This document shows positions 44,250-48,284 of a stretch of DNA of 48,284 nt, in pieces. The notes under the pieces were generated by a model that was not told where the DNA came from, ran no database searches, and worked only from the letters and a program-made list of their open reading frames with translations. The DNA is taken from assembly GCA_964460135.1 (NCBI GenBank), contig CAYWPZ010000005.1, positions 1 to 48,284 of the forward strand, in the 5' to 3' direction. The stretch's first letter is position 1. Every line of letters starts with the position of its first letter. Source of the DNA: an uncultured Caldilineales bacterium (GTDB lineage Bacteria; Chloroflexota; Anaerolineae; J102). The position numbers and the translations under genes were made by a program.

Positions 44250-47200
44250 ATGAGTCAATCACCCTGGCTGGATTCACTGAACGAACGTCAGCTCGAAGCA
44301 GTCACACACCGGGCCTCCCCTCTCCTTGTTCTAGCCGGCCCCGGCAGTGGCAAAACTCGCATCCTCACCCATCGCATCGCCTGGCTCATCCGCGAAAAAG
44401 GGGCGCGCCCCGAACAGATCCTGGCGGTGACCTTCACCAATCGGGCAGCCGAAGAAATGCGCCAGCGACTGGCTTCGCTTTTGGGCGACGAGGCCGGCCG
44501 CGTTTGGATCTATACCTTTCACGCCGCGGCGGTGCGCATCCTGCGGCGCTTTGGCGCCGCCATCGACATCGACCCCGGCTTCGCCATCCTCGACGAGGAC
44601 GAGCAGCGCCATGTTCTCAACCGCATCCTGGGACAGCTCGACCTGAGCCGTGAGATCTTTCCCACCGGTCAGATCCTCGGCTATCTCGCCCGCTGCAAAA
44701 ATGCCCTCATCGACCCGACCAACGCCGCCAACGAGCGCGACGAAGGCTACGCCCGCATCGCCGCCGCCTACCAGGCCTGGCTGCGCCAACGCAACGCCCT
44801 CGATTTTGACGACCTCATCCGCCAGGCGGTGCTCTTGCTGCGCCAGAACGAGGACATTCGTCAGCACTACCGGCGCACACTCATTCATATTCTGGTAGAC
44901 GAATACCAGGACATCGACGGCGCCCAGTACGAACTCCTCAAACTATTGGCGCCGGCAAACAGCAGCGTCAGCATCGTCGCCGATGACGACCAGGCGATCT
45001 ACGGTTGGCGCGGGGCCAACCCCAGGCTGATCGATGACTTCATCGACCGCTATCGCCCGCACATCGTCAAACTCGATACCAGCTACCGCTGCCCGCCCAA
45101 CATCCTCTACGGCGCCCAACGGCTGATCACCCACCAGCGCAGCCAGGAACGCCAGCGCTTCATGCGCAGCGAAAAAGAGGGGGATGCGCCGATCTACCAT
45201 TACATCTTCAACGACCTGGGGCAGGAGAAACGCTGGCTGACGACACTGGTGCGCAGGCTGATCGACGAGCGCGGCCACAAGCCCGGCGACATCGCCATCC
45301 TCTACCGCACCCACCAATTGGGCGATCCGGTCGAGCAGGCGTTGATCGAGGCCGGTTTCCGGGTGCGGCGTCTGCACAAAGATAGCTTTTTCGACCTGCC
45401 CGAACCACGCGAGATCGTCCGCTTTCTCCAGGTCATGCACTCGCTCAGCGAAGAAAACTTCAGCGCCGCCGTCAACTACCCCCTCCGGCAGATCGACGAA
45501 CTGACGATGATCCAATTGCGCCGCCTGGCTGAGGCCCAGGGCTGCGATTTGGTCGAGTTGGCTCGCCGACCGCACGCGTTCCCCGAACTCAGCCCCCTCA
45601 CCCGCGCCCACCTCCATCATTTCCTGCAATGGGTAGACGCCCTCCCGGCTGCCGACGCCGATGCAACCACAGCCGTGCGCACACTGTTCCAGCTGTTGGA
45701 ACAACTGCGCTCACCCTGGCGCGGCGATGACACCAGCCAGATCGAAGACCTGATCGCCTTCACCGACTTTGACGCCGAGGCGCAAATGCTGGCGAGCGCC
45801 ATCGACGAGTTTCGCCCACTGTTCATCGTTCACCCCACCACCATCGACGGCCACGCCGCTGCCGCCATCCTCCACCATGCCTTGCTGAGCTATCTGGATG
45901 CCGATGCGCGCACCCTGACCTTCGCCGAACTCCGGCCCCCCGACCTGCCGCCGGCCGCCGTCGTCATCGCCCTGGGCAACCCCGCGCCCGATCTGCCGCA
46001 AACCGTCCTCAGACTTGGCAGCGACGGGCCGGTGGGCCTGGCGTTGGCGGCCTGGCGGTTGGCCCAGACCCTTCTCGTCAGCTACGAAAGGCTGCACAAA
46101 GACGTCTTTGTCGTCTACGATGTCGAAACCACCGGCGCCCACGTCCGTCGCGACGAGATCATCGAGCTGGCCGCCGCCCGTTATCAGAACCAACGCCCCG
46201 CCGATGCGGGCTTCCACAGCTTCGTCCGCCCCGAACGCGGCTACATCCCCCCGGCCGCCACCCAGGTACACCACCTCCGCTTCGAAGACGTGGCCGACAG
46301 CCCGCTCATCGCCGACACCCTACCCCGCTTCCTCGACTACGTCGGCCAAGACACGGTAGTCGGCCACAACATCGCCCGTTTCGACAACCGCTTCATCGAC
46401 CGCGCCCGTGGTCTTGGCCCCGACCAGCGCGGCTTCAACCCGCACTATGTAGACACCCTGCGCCTGGCCCGGCGCTTGCTCCCCGGCGAGGAGCGACACA
46501 CACTCGAGGCGGTGCGCCGCAGCCTGGGCCTGGGCGAAAGCGTCAACCACCGCGCCGAGCGCGATGTGGAGCAGACGGCCGAGGTGTTCTTTGCCCTCAT
46601 CCACCGCCTGCTGATCGAGAAAGAGCGCGAGGCCCTGGCCGAGGCCCTGCCGTTGGTGGCTCTGGCGAACTCGACCCTGGACACGCCCGCCGGCAGCGAA
46701 CAACGCACCCTATGGGATGGCGCCGCCCGCATGTTGGCGGCCGGGCGGGGGCAACCGCTATTGGATGACCTGCTTGCCACCCTGCCCGCCCCCTTGCAGG
46801 CTCAGGCCCAGGCGCAGGCGTTCACCCTGGCCGCTCATGAACCGCCCACCGCCGACGAGGATGCGGCCTGGGCCGATTTGCAACAGGACTTCGCCACCCA
46901 CCTCGAAGCCTTTCGCCGCTACAGCGGCGACCGTTCGTTGACCGCGTTCATCGACTACCAGGCCCTGCTCACCAGCCCGGACACCGAAGCCCACACCCAG
47001 GACGAAGACCAGATCACGTTGATGACTCTGCACAATGCCAAAGGCTCTGAATTCCCGGTCGTGATCATCACCGGCGTCGAACACGAGCATTTGCCGCTGT
47101 GGCGTGCGCTCGACAACCCCGAACAGCTGGCCGAGGAGCGCCGCGTCTTCTACGTTGGCCTGACGCGCGCCCAAGAGGCCGCCTATCTCTTCTCGGTGCG

Positions 47201-47315
47201 CGACCGCGAAGATGGCTTCAACCGCTCACCCTCGCGTTTCACCTTCGAGATCCCCCCTCCCTACATCCGCCACTTCAACGTCGACGCCCAGAACCGGACG
47301 CGGGAGATGAAATAG
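44250..47315 (+). CDS. UvrD/PcrA-family helicase with inserted DnaQ-like DEDDh 3'-5' exonuclease domain
   Basis: Helicase motifs AGPGSGKT, TFTNRAAEEM, VDEYQDID, YGWRGA, TSYRC, and C-terminal TLHNAKGSEFPVV...FYVGLTRA. Exonuclease motifs (nt about 46101-46613): VVYDVETTG, VVGHNIARFDNRFI, HRAERDVEQT. Confidence 0.9.
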   Translation: MSQSPWLDSLNERQLEAVTHRASPLLVLAGPGSGKTRILTHRIAWLIREKGARPEQILAVTFTNRAAEEMRQRLASLLGDEAGRVWIYTFHAAAVRILRRFGAAIDIDPGFAILDEDEQRHVLNRILGQLDLSREIFPTGQILGYLARCKNALIDPTNAANERDEGYARIAAAYQAWLRQRNALDFDDLIRQAVLLLRQNEDIRQHYRRTLIHILVDEYQDIDGAQYELLKLLAPANSSVSIVADDDQAIYGWRGANPRLIDDFIDRYRPHIVKLDTSYRCPPNILYGAQRLITHQRSQERQRFMRSEKEGDAPIYHYIFNDLGQEKRWLTTLVRRLIDERGHKPGDIAILYRTHQLGDPVEQALIEAGFRVRRLHKDSFFDLPEPREIVRFLQVMHSLSEENFSAAVNYPLRQIDELTMIQLRRLAEAQGCDLVELARRPHAFPELSPLTRAHLHHFLQWVDALPAADADATTAVRTLFQLLEQLRSPWRGDDTSQIEDLIAFTDFDAEAQMLASAIDEFRPLFIVHPTTIDGHAAAAILHHALLSYLDADARTLTFAELRPPDLPPAAVVIALGNPAPDLPQTVLRLGSDGPVGLALAAWRLAQTLLVSYERLHKDVFVVYDVETTGAHVRRDEIIELAAARYQNQRPADAGFHSFVRPERGYIPPAATQVHHLRFEDVADSPLIADTLPRFLDYVGQDTVVGHNIARFDNRFIDRARGLGPDQRGFNPHYVDTLRLARRLLPGEERHTLEAVRRSLGLGESVNHRAERDVEQTAEVFFALIHRLLIEKEREALAEALPLVALANSTLDTPAGSEQRTLWDGAARMLAAGRGQPLLDDLLATLPAPLQAQAQAQAFTLAAHEPPTADEDAAWADLQQDFATHLEAFRRYSGDRSLTAFIDYQALLTSPDTEAHTQDEDQITLMTLHNAKGSEFPVVIITGVEHEHLPLWRALDNPEQLAEERRVFYVGLTRAQEAAYLFSVRDREDGFNRSPSRFTFEIPPPYIRHFNVDAQNRTREMK

Positions 47316-47812
47316 CGCCTCCTTACGCGCCGCCCTATGCCCCGCCCTACGCGCCGCCCTGCCCCCTGTGCAAGCGAAGATGGCGCCGCCAGCATCAGGA
47401 TCGCCCCCGTCAGGGCTGCGCCCTCGCCCAGGTTGGTACTGGTGGTTTGCGCCCGCCACACCAGCCCGGCCACAAACAGACAAACAAAGGCATACAGCGC
47501 CTGCTCGCGCTCGCCGTCGATCTTGCCCGACGCAAACGAGAAGGCGGCCGGCAGGGCGATGACCGTGAGAATGCCGTAGAGGATGTGCATGGTTGGCCGG
47601 ACGAGCACGGCATCGGCGTTCAGGAAAAGCCACATGTAGGCGCCCACCAACCCCTGCGTCACCAACAAGAGTTCGCCGACGAGCAGGAGACCGCGATAGC
47701 TGGCGTCGACGCTGCGGCCCTGCCGCCAGCGCCACAGGCCCCACACCCCGGCGATAATCATGAACAAGAGTGCAGAACTACCAATACGGGCATGAAATTG
47801 ATCGATCGGCAT
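47261..47812 (-). CDS. small membrane protein
   Basis: 183-aa ORF with 4-5 TM helices (ALLFMIIAGVWGLW, LLLVGELLLVTQGLVGAYMWLFL, ILYGILTVIALPAAF, LYAFVCLFVAGLVW). Its basic C-terminal tail overlaps the helicase 3' end by 55 nt. Confidence 0.55.
   Translation of the reverse strand: MPIDQFHARIGSSALLFMIIAGVWGLWRWRQGRSVDASYRGLLLVGELLLVTQGLVGAYMWLFLNADAVLVRPTMHILYGILTVIALPAAFSFASGKIDGEREQALYAFVCLFVAGLVWRAQTTSTNLGEGAALTGAILMLAAPSSLAQGAGRRVGRGIGRRVRRRYFISRVRFWASTLKWRM
47321..47368. repeat. 12-nt tandem repeat, 4 units (CCYTAYGCSCCG)
   Basis: CCTTACGCGCCG CCCTATGCCCCG CCCTACGCGCCG CCCTGCCCCCTG. Starts just after the helicase stop and lies inside the 3' tail of the minus-strand ORF. Confidence 0.8.
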
Positions 47813-47955
47813 AAAAGAATTCCTTCTTCTCTACTGAAGTCATGATGGGGCAGCGGTTTCGGCAACGACGATAGACCACCCGCCCACCTGGATGAGGAAG
47901 TCGCCACCGTCCACCACCACCTGGGCGCCGCAACCACCACTTGAGAATTCACGCC

Positions 47956-48284
47956 TCAATACCCCAACCTCTGCAACTGCTCCTCATCCAGGCCGAAATG
48001 GTGGCCGATCTCGTGCAAGACCGTGCGACGCACCTGATCCTGGATGGCTTCGGGTGTGCGATGGTAACGGACCATCGGGTACATGAAAATCGTGATCCGG
48101 TCGGGCAAGATGAGGTTGTAACCCTGCGTGCGGCCGGTGAGGGGGATGCCTTCGTAGAGGCCGTACAGCGCCTCGCCGGGACGCATCCGCATGGCCTGGC
48201 GCTGGGCCGGGCTGGGCCATTCCGCCACCGTCACGGCCACATTTTCCATACGCTGGGCAATGGCCGGGGGCAGCGTGCTCAGGG
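47956..48284 (-). CDS. HExxH metallopeptidase family protein (DUF1025-like), N-terminus beyond the window
   Basis: VLHEIGHHFGLDEEQLQRLGY at the C-terminus. The frame stays open upstream of Met 48249 to the window edge (LSTLPPAIAQRMENV). Confidence 0.75.
   Translation of the reverse strand, partial: LSTLPPAIAQRMENVAVTVAEWPSPAQRQAMRMRPGEALYGLYEGIPLTGRTQGYNLILPDRITIFMYPMVRYHRTPEAIQDQVRRTVLHEIGHHFGLDEEQLQRLGY

Overview
High-GC (roughly two-thirds G+C by eye) bacterial chromosomal window with about 40 protein genes. I found no rRNA, tRNA, CRISPR array, transposase or integrase by eye. The phylum cannot be assigned from sequence alone. Gene content from left to right: (1) A MoxR AAA+ / DUF58 / DUF4129-type membrane protein operon that ends with an RNase H-fold exonuclease-TPR fusion. 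(2) A SIMPL lipoprotein, an isocitrate/isopropylmalate dehydrogenase family enzyme and xpt. (3) A glycan export cluster: SAM methyltransferase, GT2, NodB deacetylase and a Wzm/Wzt-like ABC exporter. (4) ligA, an SH3 membrane protein, a cyclodeaminase/cyclohydrolase and a large GT-C-like membrane protein. (5) A BMP-family (nucleoside-type) ABC importer. (6) An accessory-looking stretch from about 24.6 to 33.9 kb. It holds an SNF2 helicase translationally coupled to an unrecognisable 621-aa multi-CxxC zinc-ribbon protein, and two B12-binding radical SAM paralogues. It also holds a DUF4258/YgiT toxin-antitoxin pair, a second SAM methyltransferase, and a DUF433 antitoxin beside a decayed DUF5615 toxin. 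(7) An MFS transporter, a 1334-aa SARP-STAND-TPR regulator fused to a family-5 solute-binding domain, and an AAA/DUF4143 ATPase on an apparently leaderless mRNA. (8) A small ORF bracketed by two 38-bp hairpin palindromes, then a secreted LVIVD-repeat protein. (9) A 778-bp non-coding gap with duplicated modules. (10) A UvrD-like helicase carrying an inserted DnaQ-type exonuclease, a small membrane protein and a partial HExxH metallopeptidase. A recurrent non-genic signal is a family of heptanucleotide tandem arrays. TCACGYY, YCNCAAT, RTCAACR, GGAACCC and GTCNTYC units occupy many intergenic regions, leaders and one 5' coding region. Many long ORFs in the supplied track are high-GC antisense shadows and were rejected.
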